Source: Pseudomonadota bacterium
GTDB lineage: Bacteria > Bdellovibrionota > Bdellovibrionia > Bdellovibrionales > Bdellovibrionaceae
Reading direction: 5' to 3'
DNA length: 64,000 nucleotides
NCBI GenBank assembly: GCA_041178425.1
Contig: JBEGVH010000016.1
Location: 128,001-192,000, forward strand
Shown here: piece after piece, positions 1-9,019 of the stretch
Layout: each line of letters starts with the position of its first letter
Numbering within the stretch: the stretch's first letter is position 1
Notes under the pieces: model-generated
The model's database searches: none
The model's input: the letters and a program-made list of their open reading frames with translations, nothing else
Told to the model about the DNA's origin: nothing
Program-made: the position numbers and the translations under genes

Positions 1-1
1 C

Positions 2-2449
2 GGCAACTTCTCATTTGGTGACTACTTCAAAAAAGAGGCCATCCACTACGCTTGGGAGCTCCTCACTAAAGAGCTGGGACTACCAAAAGATCGCCTTTAT
101 GTAACCGTTTTTGAAAATGACGATGAGGCTGCCGAAATCTGGCATAAACAAGAGGGAATTCCAAAAGATCGAATTTTCCGTTTTGGCGAAAAAGATAACT
201 TTTGGAGAATGGGAGAAACAGGCCCTTGTGGACCCTGCACAGAGATATTCTATGATCATGGGGAAAAAGCTGGTCCCGAAACCGATGCCTACAAAGGAAT
301 TTTGAGCGGTGGGGACCGGTACGTTGAGATTTGGAACCTCGTCTTAATGCAGTATTTTGAAAAAGAACCAGGAAAAATGGAGCCCCTGCCAAAACCCTCA
401 GTTGATACTGGTGCGGGTCTCGAACGTCTTTGCGCCGTCATGCAAGGAAAGATTAATAATTACGATACTGATTTGTTTACTCCATTGATTGATTCAGCTC
501 TTCGTTTAGTTCCTCACGAAAGTGATTTGGCCGAACTAGTCCACCATCAGTACAAGGGAAAAGCCTCTGCGGAGTTAAATGAAAAACTTGCGGCCCTCCG
601 TGTTTTAGCTGACCATACACGATCGGTTGGATTTCTTCTAACAGATGGCGCCGTTCCGAGTAATGAGGGCCGAGGCTATGTGCTTCGTAGAATTCTTCGC
701 CGTGCACTTCGCTACCAAAGAAAACTATCTCCGACCGCCTCTTTTTTTCCCGTCATGATCGACGCTATGGTAAACGAAATGAGTTCGTTTTTCCCAGAAC
801 TTCGAGAGAGAAAAGACTACGTTTTGAATGTCGTTCAAGACGAAGAAAGTCGTTTCACACAAACGCTAGATCAGGGCACTGAGCTTCTTAATGCCGAACT
901 CAAAAAATTAAAATCTGCAGGGAAGAAAATTCTATCTGGTGACGTAGTTTTTAAACTTTATGACACCTACGGTTTTCCGGTCGACCTTACTCGCCTCATG
1001 GTAGAAGAACAAAAATTACAGGTCGACGAAATTGGTTTTGAGCACGAGATGCAATTAGCACGCGAAAAGGCCAAAGCCAGCTGGAAAGGCAAAGGAATGG
1101 CCACGGATGAAGCCCACCTCATTCAGTGGAGCAATACCATTGCAAGAGAATCTGGGAGCACAAAATTTGTTGGTTACGATAACCTCGAATGCAACAGTAA
1201 AATACTTGGCCTTTCGAACGGACACTCATCCGTGCCAGCCTTAAAAACTGGTGAACATGGAATTTTAATCACTTCTTCATCCTGTTTTTACGGCGAAGGC
1301 GGGGGCCAAGTCGGTGACAAAGGACGTGGAAATTCTGGAGCCACACAATTTCAGGTTCTTAACACAACAAAACAAAATGATATCTTTTTACATCACATTG
1401 AACTTATCAGTGGCGAACTAAAAGTAGGAACCGAAGTAGTTCTCAATGTTGAAGAAAGTGAACGTCGTCGAACCGCAGCGAACCATTCGGCCACACACCT
1501 GCTTCACGCCGCCCTTCGAAAAACTCTTGGAACTCATGTGACCCAGGCAGGATCACTCGTTGATGCTTCTCGCTTGCGATTTGACTTTACTCATCCAAAA
1601 GCACTTTCGAGTGACGAACTAAACAACATTGAAACACTCGTAAACGAAGAGATTGCTAAGGGATTAATCGTACAGTGTGCGGTTAAATCCCATGAAGCTG
1701 CAATCAAAGACGGAGCGATGGCTCTCTTTGGTGAAAAATATGGAGATGAGGTTCGTGTGATTAAGATGGGCGATTTTTCTCAAGAGCTCTGCGGCGGAAC
1801 CCATGTTTCCAATACGGCTCAAATTCGCCTTTTCAAGATTGTTTCTGAATCAGGCGTGAGCGCTGGAGTTCGCCGATTGGAAGCCCTCGCTGGTGATTGT
1901 GCATTTCAATATTTGATGAAGCACCATTCTCAAGCCCAGTCAGCCAGAGAAGCTATTGGTGCCCAAGAGTCATGGAGCCAAATTCTAGATTCAAATGCGT
2001 CTCCTGTTCTTCATTGGATCGAAGAGAAGAAATCGACCATCAAGGCTCTAGAAAAAGAAATCAAGGACCTTAAAAAAGGCCAGATTAATGTTGAGTCTAT
2101 TCTGTCATCAGCTAAACCTTTTAAAAAAGGAAATGCTGAAGGTCGATATGTTGTGGCAACTCTCGACGTCGACGACCGAGACCTTCTGGCTCAAATCACG
2201 GACCAATTAAAAAATCGTATTGAAAGCGGAGTAATCGTTACCGTCGGCTTAGGTACAGAGTCTCACCCAGTCATAGTGGCAGCGACAAAAAATTTAAATC
2301 CTGACATAAATGCGGGGCAAATTTTAAAAGACTTAAGCCAACAGTTGGGCGGAAAAGGTGGCGGACGTCCCGATTTTGCTCAAGGGGCTATCGTTAAACG
2401 TGATGCCGTTGACATGGTCTTGTCTTCTTATTTTGTTAATAGAACCTAA
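2..2449 (+). CDS. alaS: Alanine--tRNA ligase (5'-truncated by window edge)
   Basis: Frame is open from position 2 (GNFSFGDYFKKEAI). Motifs: GPCGPCTEI, VDTGAGLER, editing-site NHSATH and ELCGGTH, C-terminal GGKGGGRPDFAQG. Confidence 0.99.
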   Translation, partial: GNFSFGDYFKKEAIHYAWELLTKELGLPKDRLYVTVFENDDEAAEIWHKQEGIPKDRIFRFGEKDNFWRMGETGPCGPCTEIFYDHGEKAGPETDAYKGILSGGDRYVEIWNLVLMQYFEKEPGKMEPLPKPSVDTGAGLERLCAVMQGKINNYDTDLFTPLIDSALRLVPHESDLAELVHHQYKGKASAELNEKLAALRVLADHTRSVGFLLTDGAVPSNEGRGYVLRRILRRALRYQRKLSPTASFFPVMIDAMVNEMSSFFPELRERKDYVLNVVQDEESRFTQTLDQGTELLNAELKKLKSAGKKILSGDVVFKLYDTYGFPVDLTRLMVEEQKLQVDEIGFEHEMQLAREKAKASWKGKGMATDEAHLIQWSNTIARESGSTKFVGYDNLECNSKILGLSNGHSSVPALKTGEHGILITSSSCFYGEGGGQVGDKGRGNSGATQFQVLNTTKQNDIFLHHIELISGELKVGTEVVLNVEESERRRTAANHSATHLLHAALRKTLGTHVTQAGSLVDASRLRFDFTHPKALSSDELNNIETLVNEEIAKGLIVQCAVKSHEAAIKDGAMALFGEKYGDEVRVIKMGDFSQELCGGTHVSNTAQIRLFKIVSESGVSAGVRRLEALAGDCAFQYLMKHHSQAQSAREAIGAQESWSQILDSNASPVLHWIEEKKSTIKALEKEIKDLKKGQINVESILSSAKPFKKGNAEGRYVVATLDVDDRDLLAQITDQLKNRIESGVIVTVGLGTESHPVIVAATKNLNPDINAGQILKDLSQQLGGKGGGRPDFAQGAIVKRDAVDMVLSSYFVNRT

Positions 2450-2450
2450 C

Positions 2451-2519
2451 TTGCCAGTGACTGCCTCAAAACGATAGCTAGTGATTTCAAAGAAGCTACA
2501 AAGGAGGCAGTCATGGCAA
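2451..2519 (+). promoter_or_regulatory. Inverted repeat sequestering SD and start codon of hsp20
   Basis: TTGCCA(G)TGACTGCCTC at 2451-2467 pairs with GAGGCAGTCATGGCAA at 2504-2519 (16 bp, one bulge). Inner TAGCT/AGCTA stem at 2475-2479 and 2494-2498. Confidence 0.6.
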
Positions 2520-2965
2520 ACTTAGAATTATGGCGAAATAACTGGGGACCATTCAGAGAGCTAATGTCCCTGAGCAAATCAATTGACCGAATGATGGAGG
2601 ACTGGCCAATGGCAAAAACCGACATCGACAAGTATAACTTCAACCCAAGTTGCGAGGTAAGAGAGGATAACAAAGCCTATGTGCTAAAGGTCGACCTTCC
2701 CGGAGTTCCTAAGGAGAATATCAAAATCGACCTTAACGAAAATCGACTCACTCTTCGAGGTGACAGAAAAGAGGAGAAAAAATCTGAAGAAAAAGAAACC
2801 CAAACTCACTTTTCCGAAATGTTTTACGGGGCATTCACTCGTACTATGACTTTTCCCGCCCCCATTGACGCAGAAAAAACCGAGGCCCACTACGAAAATG
2901 GAGTCCTCACTTTGAAATTACCAAAAAAAGCGGCTCAAAATATTCGCCAAATTACAATTAACTAG
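2513..2965 (+). CDS. Hsp20/alpha-crystallin small heat shock protein
   Basis: VDLPGV, YGAFTRT and AHYENGVLTLKLPK motifs, C-terminal IxI (ITI), SD AAGGAGG. Confidence 0.97.
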   Translation: MANLELWRNNWGPFRELMSLSKSIDRMMEDWPMAKTDIDKYNFNPSCEVREDNKAYVLKVDLPGVPKENIKIDLNENRLTLRGDRKEEKKSEEKETQTHFSEMFYGAFTRTMTFPAPIDAEKTEAHYENGVLTLKLPKKAAQNIRQITIN

Positions 2966-2987
2966 TATTGAGTTTAGAACATAACTC

Positions 2988-3021
2988 ACAAAGGGATTCT
3001 CAATGAGATCCCTTTGTTTTT
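2988..3021 (+). terminator. Rho-independent terminator after hsp20
   Basis: ACAAAGGGAT...ATCCCTTTGT stem followed by a T run. Confidence 0.85.
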
Positions 3022-3034
3022 CGCAAGTCCAAGA

Positions 3035-3064
3035 TTGACAGAAATCTATCGCCTCACTTAGCTT
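3035..3064 (+). promoter_or_regulatory. sigma70-type promoter for aspartokinase (near-leaderless)
   Basis: TTGACA (3035-3040), 18-nt spacer, TAGCTT (3059-3064). The ATG is 8 nt further on with no SD. Confidence 0.55.
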
Positions 3065-3072
3065 TAACGACG

Positions 3073-4293
3073 ATGAAGAAACAAATCGTTGTTAAAAAAT
3101 ATGGTGGAACTTCGGTAGGAACAATCGAGCGTATTGAAAATGTCGCTGCTCGAATCGCAAAAGAATATCAATCTGGCCAGCTACCTATTGTGGTTGTATC
3201 TGCAATGAGTGGCGAAACAAATCGATTAGTTGCCCTGGCACAACAAATTGATCCGCTCTATCGAGGCCCCGCTTATGATTTGTTGTTGGCATCGGGAGAA
3301 CAGGTTTCTGTGGGTTTGGTTGCCATGGCACTTGAGAAAAGGGGACTCAAAGCCCAACCCCTTCTGGCCTTTCAATTAGGAATTGAAACTGACTCCGTTT
3401 ATTCGAAAGCTCGAATTAAAAATATTCGCACTCAAGAACTTCAACGATGTTTAAACGAGGGAATCATTCCCGTTGTCGCTGGTTTTCAAGGAGTTGACGA
3501 AAACCTCAATGTCACTACGCTGGGCCGAGGAGGATCTGACACCACAGCTGTGGCCTTAGCCGCTGCTATTAATGCAGATTCTTGTGAAATCTACACTGAC
3601 GTACCTGCGGTTTTCAGTGCAGACCCTCGCCTAGTGCCTAAAGCCCGAGAGATTGGTAAACTCTCTTTTGATGAAATGATGGAAATGGCCTCATTAGGCT
3701 CAAAGGTCTTGCATATCAGAAGTGTAGAAATTGGTGCTAAATATAATGTTCGCATTCATTTGCGCTCGACCTTTGAAGAGCGCGAAGGAACCTGGATCGT
3801 ACCCGAAGGAGAAATAATGGAACAAGCTGTCGTTTCGAGCGTTACTCATGACCCCAATACTATCGTATTCAAACTTTTTCCTGTTCCTCCTGAAACGTCC
3901 TTCCTATCTCAACTTTTTACCCGTCTAGCTGAAAAAGGAGTTGTGGTAGATATTATTACTCAAAGCCAAAGCGAAGCTGGACAAAGGCTTGCTTTTTCTG
4001 TGACCCAAGAAGACTTTCCACTTGCCGAGACGGTCCTGCGGGAACTCCTCCCTGAAAATAAAGTAAATAAAGAAATCATGCCAAAAATGGCCAAAGTTTC
4101 CGTCGTTGGTGTAGGCATGCGTAATCACCCTGGCGTAGCTGCCCGTTTTTTCTCAGTCTTAGCAAAAGAAAATGTTCAAATACATCTTGTAACGACATCT
4201 GAAATTAAAATTTCTGCCGTTATTGATGAGGCAAATTTGAAAATTGCAGCTCAGGCCCTTCATCAGGCTTTCGAACTAGACAATTCAAATTAA
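3073..4293 (+). CDS. lysC: Aspartate kinase (alpha subunit, two ACT domains)
   Basis: KYGGTSVG, VVVSAMSG, TTLGRGGSDTTA and ADPR motifs; ACT domains ending TTSEIKIS. Confidence 0.97.
   Translation: MKKQIVVKKYGGTSVGTIERIENVAARIAKEYQSGQLPIVVVSAMSGETNRLVALAQQIDPLYRGPAYDLLLASGEQVSVGLVAMALEKRGLKAQPLLAFQLGIETDSVYSKARIKNIRTQELQRCLNEGIIPVVAGFQGVDENLNVTTLGRGGSDTTAVALAAAINADSCEIYTDVPAVFSADPRLVPKAREIGKLSFDEMMEMASLGSKVLHIRSVEIGAKYNVRIHLRSTFEEREGTWIVPEGEIMEQAVVSSVTHDPNTIVFKLFPVPPETSFLSQLFTRLAEKGVVVDIITQSQSEAGQRLAFSVTQEDFPLAETVLRELLPENKVNKEIMPKMAKVSVVGVGMRNHPGVAARFFSVLAKENVQIHLVTTSEIKISAVIDEANLKIAAQALHQAFELDNSN
3817..4293 (+). CDS. Putative nested in-frame aspartate kinase beta subunit
   Basis: Internal SD AAGGAGA (3806-3812) precedes the in-frame ATG of Met249 (MEQAVVSSV) at the start of the ACT region. 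Confidence 0.65.
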   Translation: MEQAVVSSVTHDPNTIVFKLFPVPPETSFLSQLFTRLAEKGVVVDIITQSQSEAGQRLAFSVTQEDFPLAETVLRELLPENKVNKEIMPKMAKVSVVGVGMRNHPGVAARFFSVLAKENVQIHLVTTSEIKISAVIDEANLKIAAQALHQAFELDNSN

Positions 4294-4433
4294 GTCAGTG
4301 GGTAAATCATTAGATTAGAGATTTAATTCTGGTCTTTTTGCCGTCCTGATCAGAGCGCAACTGAATCCTCCAGAAGACCAGTTCGCGCTCTAACCTATTG
4401 AGTCGACAATACAAAACTCATTATACTGAGAAT

Positions 4434-5888
4434 ATGAATACACCTATTTCTCTTTTCAGTTGTGTTACTCTTCTTTTTTGTTTTCTATTTTTTTCGCCAC
4501 TTGAAGCCTCCGCAAAATCTAAAACATTAGTTCGAGCGTGGATGTCGACTCTTGATGGTAAAAAGAAAATGACTTCGGTTAAAGACGACATCAAGACGCT
4601 CGATAATTGCTCCGCCAAGAATTCAGAAACAACAGAAGTTGTCATTGATGATTCAGTCACCTACCAAGCTATTACTGGATTCGGTGCTGCGCTAACAGAA
4701 TCATCCGCTTATCTATTAAAAAAGGTCAATAAAGCTGTTAGAAAAAAAATCATTGCCCTTACTTACGGTCAAAAAGGTGATGGGCGCTTTAATATGGTTC
4801 GCATTCCTATTGGTGCCACTGATTTTGCAATGAGCAACTACTCGTGTGCGGATGAAATACCTGATAGCGGAATTCCAACTTCAAAAAAATTATTCAACTT
4901 TGAAAAATGTATGGGAACCATTCTTCCGGTGTTAAAAGAAATCAAGGCGGCCAATCCTGATCTTCTCATTGTAGCCAGTCCGTGGAGCCCTCCCGCATGG
5001 ATGAAATCGAGTAAAAGTTTATTTGGCGGAAAACTTTTACCCGACTTTTACCAGGAATATGCTGAGTACCTGAGTCTTTTTTTAGAGAAGATGGCGCAAG
5101 AAAATGTGCCAGTTGATTATTTAACCGTGATTAATGAACCACTATTTACATCGGATAGCTCGACGAATTATCCCTGGACTCAAATGGAAGCGAGTGAGCA
5201 GGCACGATTTATTTCGGACTACTTGGCGCCTCACTTGAAAAACAAAAATCAGTTCGACAAGGTCATGATCCTCAGCTACGACCACAACTGGGATAATTTA
5301 AACTTTCCCACCGAGGTATTAAAAAACCCTCGATCAGCTCCCTTCGTGGCAGGTACTGCTTTTCACTGCTATAAAGGTCACTTCTCTGCAGCAGAAAAAA
5401 TGAAAGCTATTTTTCCCGACAAAGAAATTCATCTCACCGAATGTAGCAGTGGCAACTGGTCACCTAAGTTCGATGGCTCTTTTGAATGGGCCTTGAAGAA
5501 TCTCCTCTTTGGTCAAGTGGCTGCCGGCGCCCAGAGTTTGATTTATTGGAATCTTGTTTTGGATGCAGAAAATGGGCCTCAGAATGGCGGATGCAAAGAC
5601 TGCAGAGGCATTCTCAATCTTAATAAGGAGCTTGATGAATTTAAGCGAAGCCCCGAATTTTACCTGCTCCATCAGGCAAGCTCAGTTATATACCCAAATT
5701 CACTTCGGATCAAATCGACCGCTGAAAAAATTGAACACCACTTAGCTTTTAAGAATCCGGATCTTTCACTCTCTTGGATCGGTATGAACACTCAAGACAA
5801 AGAAATAAAGGTCCTGCTGAAATCAAAACAAGGTTGTCTATCGACAAAGATGAAGCCCAAGAGTGTTTTGTCGATTAATTGGCCCTAA
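4434..5888 (+). CDS. Secreted glycoside hydrolase family 30 (glucosylceramidase/beta-1,6-glucanase-like)
   Basis: Signal peptide; GFGAALTESSA, ASPWSPPAWMK, acid/base INEP, YDHNWD, nucleophile LTECS, WNLVLD..GP..GGC..CRG. Start moved from TTG 4398 to ATG 4434. Confidence 0.92.
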   Translation: MNTPISLFSCVTLLFCFLFFSPLEASAKSKTLVRAWMSTLDGKKKMTSVKDDIKTLDNCSAKNSETTEVVIDDSVTYQAITGFGAALTESSAYLLKKVNKAVRKKIIALTYGQKGDGRFNMVRIPIGATDFAMSNYSCADEIPDSGIPTSKKLFNFEKCMGTILPVLKEIKAANPDLLIVASPWSPPAWMKSSKSLFGGKLLPDFYQEYAEYLSLFLEKMAQENVPVDYLTVINEPLFTSDSSTNYPWTQMEASEQARFISDYLAPHLKNKNQFDKVMILSYDHNWDNLNFPTEVLKNPRSAPFVAGTAFHCYKGHFSAAEKMKAIFPDKEIHLTECSSGNWSPKFDGSFEWALKNLLFGQVAAGAQSLIYWNLVLDAENGPQNGGCKDCRGILNLNKELDEFKRSPEFYLLHQASSVIYPNSLRIKSTAEKIEHHLAFKNPDLSLSWIGMNTQDKEIKVLLKSKQGCLSTKMKPKSVLSINWP

Positions 5889-5926
5889 GTGAGATCTCCC
5901 ACCCCCCACAAAGGGACCAAGACTAC

Positions 5927-7156
5927 ATGACTAGGTCAATTCCTCCACTTAAAATTACCTTTTCCCAACATGAAAAACTTCTAATGGTTATTCTGGGCGC
6001 TATCAATTTTTCACACATCGTTGATTTTATGGTTATGATGCCCCTCGGACCACAACTCATGAGACTTTTCTCCATTAGTCCCCATGAGTTTGGATTACTC
6101 GTTTCTAGCTATACCTTTATGGCTGCTATCAGTAGCTTTGTGTCTTCCCTCTTTATCGATAAATTCGATCGAAAAACTGCGCTCCTATTTTTCTATCTGG
6201 GCTTTGCAATCTCAACCATTGCTTGCGCAGTCTCAACGAACTATTCTTTTCTCCTTCTCTCTCGAGCCTTTTGCGGGGCCTTTGGAGGCGTTCTAAGTTC
6301 GCTAGTATTCGCGATTTTAGGTGATACAATTAATCCTGAACGGAGAGCCTCCGCCATGGGGCTTGTCATGATCTCTTTTTCCGTAGCTTCAGTTTTCGGA
6401 ATTCCCTTTAGCTTAACTCTGGCCAATAAATACGATTGGCACAGTCCTTTTATGTTTCTTGGAATCATCTCTGCCTTTATTTCGGTGTTTATTGCATTAC
6501 GATTTCCATCAATGAAGAATCACTTAAAAGGACCAGGGGGAATTCATGAGCCTTTTGCGACAGTTAAACATGTGCTCTCAAATCCCTCTCAACTTTTTGC
6601 GCTTGCGTTTATCTTCGCCGTAGTCTTTGGGCAATTCAGCATGATTCCCTTTATGAGCCCTTCTTTTGTTGCCAACGGAGGTCTCCAGGAGACGGATTTA
6701 CCTTTAATTTATCTTCTAGGAGGAATTATTTCGATGGTAAGCTCGCCACTGTTTGGTCGGCTAGCCGATTCTTTTGGTAAAGCTCTCATTTACAGAATTA
6801 GCGCATTAGTTTCAATCATTCCAATTTTTTTAATAACGAATCTTTCAATTTCTCCTCGTTGGGTCATTCTCACCATTTCTTCTTCGTTTTTCTTTGTTAT
6901 GGGAGGAAGAATGGTTCCAGCGTCAGCCATCATGACAACCGCCGCAACCCCCCGATACCGGGCAAGTTTTATGAGCATGAGCTCCAGTGTTCAACAACTG
7001 GGCTCCTCTCTTGCGAGCTATATTGCTGGCCTAATCGTTATTAAGAACACACAAGGACAACTTGAAAATTACTCAACCGTTGGCTTTATTACAATCGCAC
7101 TCACCCTTCTTTCGATCTTTCTTGTTGGTAAAATAAAGTCGCAAGAACATCATTAA
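5927..7156 (+). CDS. MFS transporter
   Basis: About 12 hydrophobic segments; motif A-like DKFDRK and GRLADSFGK. Start moved to ATG 5927. Confidence 0.93.
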   Translation: MTRSIPPLKITFSQHEKLLMVILGAINFSHIVDFMVMMPLGPQLMRLFSISPHEFGLLVSSYTFMAAISSFVSSLFIDKFDRKTALLFFYLGFAISTIACAVSTNYSFLLLSRAFCGAFGGVLSSLVFAILGDTINPERRASAMGLVMISFSVASVFGIPFSLTLANKYDWHSPFMFLGIISAFISVFIALRFPSMKNHLKGPGGIHEPFATVKHVLSNPSQLFALAFIFAVVFGQFSMIPFMSPSFVANGGLQETDLPLIYLLGGIISMVSSPLFGRLADSFGKALIYRISALVSIIPIFLITNLSISPRWVILTISSSFFFVMGGRMVPASAIMTTAATPRYRASFMSMSSSVQQLGSSLASYIAGLIVIKNTQGQLENYSTVGFITIALTLLSIFLVGKIKSQEHH

Positions 7157-7267
7157 ACTAACTTAATTTTGATTCTTTCGTGATCCAGTTATCACAGCAA
7201 AATTATTTGCCTACCTGTTCGGCCTATCATATGAAAGCGATGAAGTTGGCCAAACAAAGGGGGATTT

Positions 7268-7801
7268 ATGAATTTCTTAAAAAATATTTTCGCAGTCATT
7301 TTAAGTGCAATGATATTCTCAGCGGCGAAGGCCGCTACAGTTGAAGTCTACGGTAAGAAATATTTTAACAACTGTTCTTACTTCTCTTCTATTAACTCTG
7401 AAATGGTCTTCATTTACAATAATCCAGAAATAGAAACACCAGGCGTTCGAGTCTTTGTTCACTATGGTATGAATGGCCACTTTGCGAACTCCGGAGAAAA
7501 ATTGGAATGGCAGAACATCAATGACCAAGAGATGACGGCGCTTGGAAATTCACTTTGGAATTTGAAGCTAGAGCTCATTCTCCACAATCGCGCGGAGAGA
7601 GTGTATTATGATGGGGTTTCATTTGTTTTTATGATTGTTTACCCCGATGGGTCGGTAACCTTCGACAACAGTGGTTACGGCACTATGAGCTACTACAAAG
7701 TCACATGGCCAGAAGCTGGAATCGGATGTAACTCTCCTTCGGAATCATCGGCAATACCCATGATTCCAATGGAAGTTAGAAAAGTTGAGAAGGATTTATA
7801 A
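7268..7801 (+). CDS. Secreted hypothetical protein, possible CBM25/CBM53-like beta-sandwich
   Basis: Signal peptide (AKA|A); pattern VFVHYG...W...M...W...FVF...FDN...Y. Confidence 0.6.
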   Translation: MNFLKNIFAVILSAMIFSAAKAATVEVYGKKYFNNCSYFSSINSEMVFIYNNPEIETPGVRVFVHYGMNGHFANSGEKLEWQNINDQEMTALGNSLWNLKLELILHNRAERVYYDGVSFVFMIVYPDGSVTFDNSGYGTMSYYKVTWPEAGIGCNSPSESSAIPMIPMEVRKVEKDL

Positions 7802-8929
7802 TTACTTAATAGAATATTTCAGAAATCGACACTCGAGAGAGCCATTGTAAACAAAATGCTTTCTCGAGGCTTTCAATTTTAAATCACCAATAAGATCTTT
7901 ATTACCAGACAGTACGAATACATCCCAACCAGCAAACCGATTCTTCAAGGTATAACCTAAGTCTCTATAAACATCGCGCAAATTATCCTCATCACCTAAA
8001 CGAGCACCATAAGGAGGATTAATAATGACGATGCCTTTTTCACACGGGGGAGTCACAGTGGCAACCCCTTCAGATCGAAACTCAATTAGGTGATCAACTC
8101 CCGCACGACGAGCATTCGCTTTTGCTTTTTGCAAAACTTTGCGATCAACATCGTAGCCATAAAACTTAAAAGGAAGCTCTTCTACCTCTTCATCAATCGC
8201 TTCCTCTAGAACTGCCTTCCAGGCCTTTTCATTAAATCCTTTAAATCTTTGAAAGCCAAATTCACGACGGTGAATTCCTGGAGACATATTCATTGCCATC
8301 ATTGCTGCTTCAATAAGAATCGTTCCTGAACCACAGGTTAAATCCACTATTGGAATATCCTTTTTCCACTCGGTCATCATAATCAGTGCTGCCGCAAGAT
8401 TCTCCTTCAAAGGTGCTTCACCAGCTTCCATGCGGTAACCCCGCATAAAAAGGCTTTCTCCAGATGTGTCAACGGCTATGGAGTAATTGTTTTTATACCC
8501 TTTAACGTAAAATCGAATATCCGGATTGTCTTTACTCACATCAGGACGCTCACCAAATTTTTCTCTTAGCTGATCCACGATGGCATCTTTTACTTTCATC
8601 GCAACAAAACGCTGGTCGTGAATTTTGCTCTCTTTCACCGAAGCATCAATCATGAACGTTTGATCAGGAGTTAAATAACGAGAGAAATCCTGAAGCTTTT
8701 TTATTTGCCCATAAAGCTCTTCTCCATCATAGGCGGTAAACTCGATGAGAGGTTTTAGAATCCGACTTGCAACTCTTGAACGAAGGTTTAAACGATAGAC
8801 GTCTTCCCAATTACCATCAAAAAAAGCTCCTGCAGAAGTTTTTCGAGGCATAGGAATACCCAATTGAGTCATTTCTTCTGCGAGAACATCACTGAGACCT
8901 TTGGCGGTAGATACAAAAAACTGTGGCAT
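7802..8929 (-). CDS. rlmL: THUMP-domain rRNA methyltransferase (RlmL/YpsC-like)
   Basis: VKDAIVD, SLFMRGYR, APLKENLAAA, DLTCGSGT and INPPYG motifs. Start at ATG 8929 after TAAGGA. Confidence 0.9.
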   Translation of the reverse strand: MPQFFVSTAKGLSDVLAEEMTQLGIPMPRKTSAGAFFDGNWEDVYRLNLRSRVASRILKPLIEFTAYDGEELYGQIKKLQDFSRYLTPDQTFMIDASVKESKIHDQRFVAMKVKDAIVDQLREKFGERPDVSKDNPDIRFYVKGYKNNYSIAVDTSGESLFMRGYRMEAGEAPLKENLAAALIMMTEWKKDIPIVDLTCGSGTILIEAAMMAMNMSPGIHRREFGFQRFKGFNEKAWKAVLEEAIDEEVEELPFKFYGYDVDRKVLQKAKANARRAGVDHLIEFRSEGVATVTPPCEKGIVIINPPYGARLGDEDNLRDVYRDLGYTLKNRFAGWDVFVLSGNKDLIGDLKLKASRKHFVYNGSLECRFLKYSIK

Positions 8930-8980
8930 AACATTCCTTACGGTGGGTAATCCCACTCAGATTGAATCTCACAGCAGAGA

Positions 8981-9011
8981 AGAAAAGAGGGATCACTCGA
9001 GAACCCTCTTT
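8981..9011 (-). terminator. Rho-independent terminator after ETF-QO
   Basis: AAAGAGGG...CCCTCTTT stem with a T-rich tail on the minus strand. Confidence 0.7.
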
Positions 9012-9019
9012 GACCTCAC

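Noticed and set aside
2450..2512. CIRCE, ROSE or fourU element before hsp20
   Set aside because: No TTAGCACTC-N9-GAGTGCTAA, and no U(U/C)GCU or UUUU opposite the SD. The different stem found is reported as a finding.
2966..3072. Lysine riboswitch upstream of aspartokinase
   Set aside because: The 107-nt gap is filled by a terminator and a promoter, leaving no room for a long aptamer.
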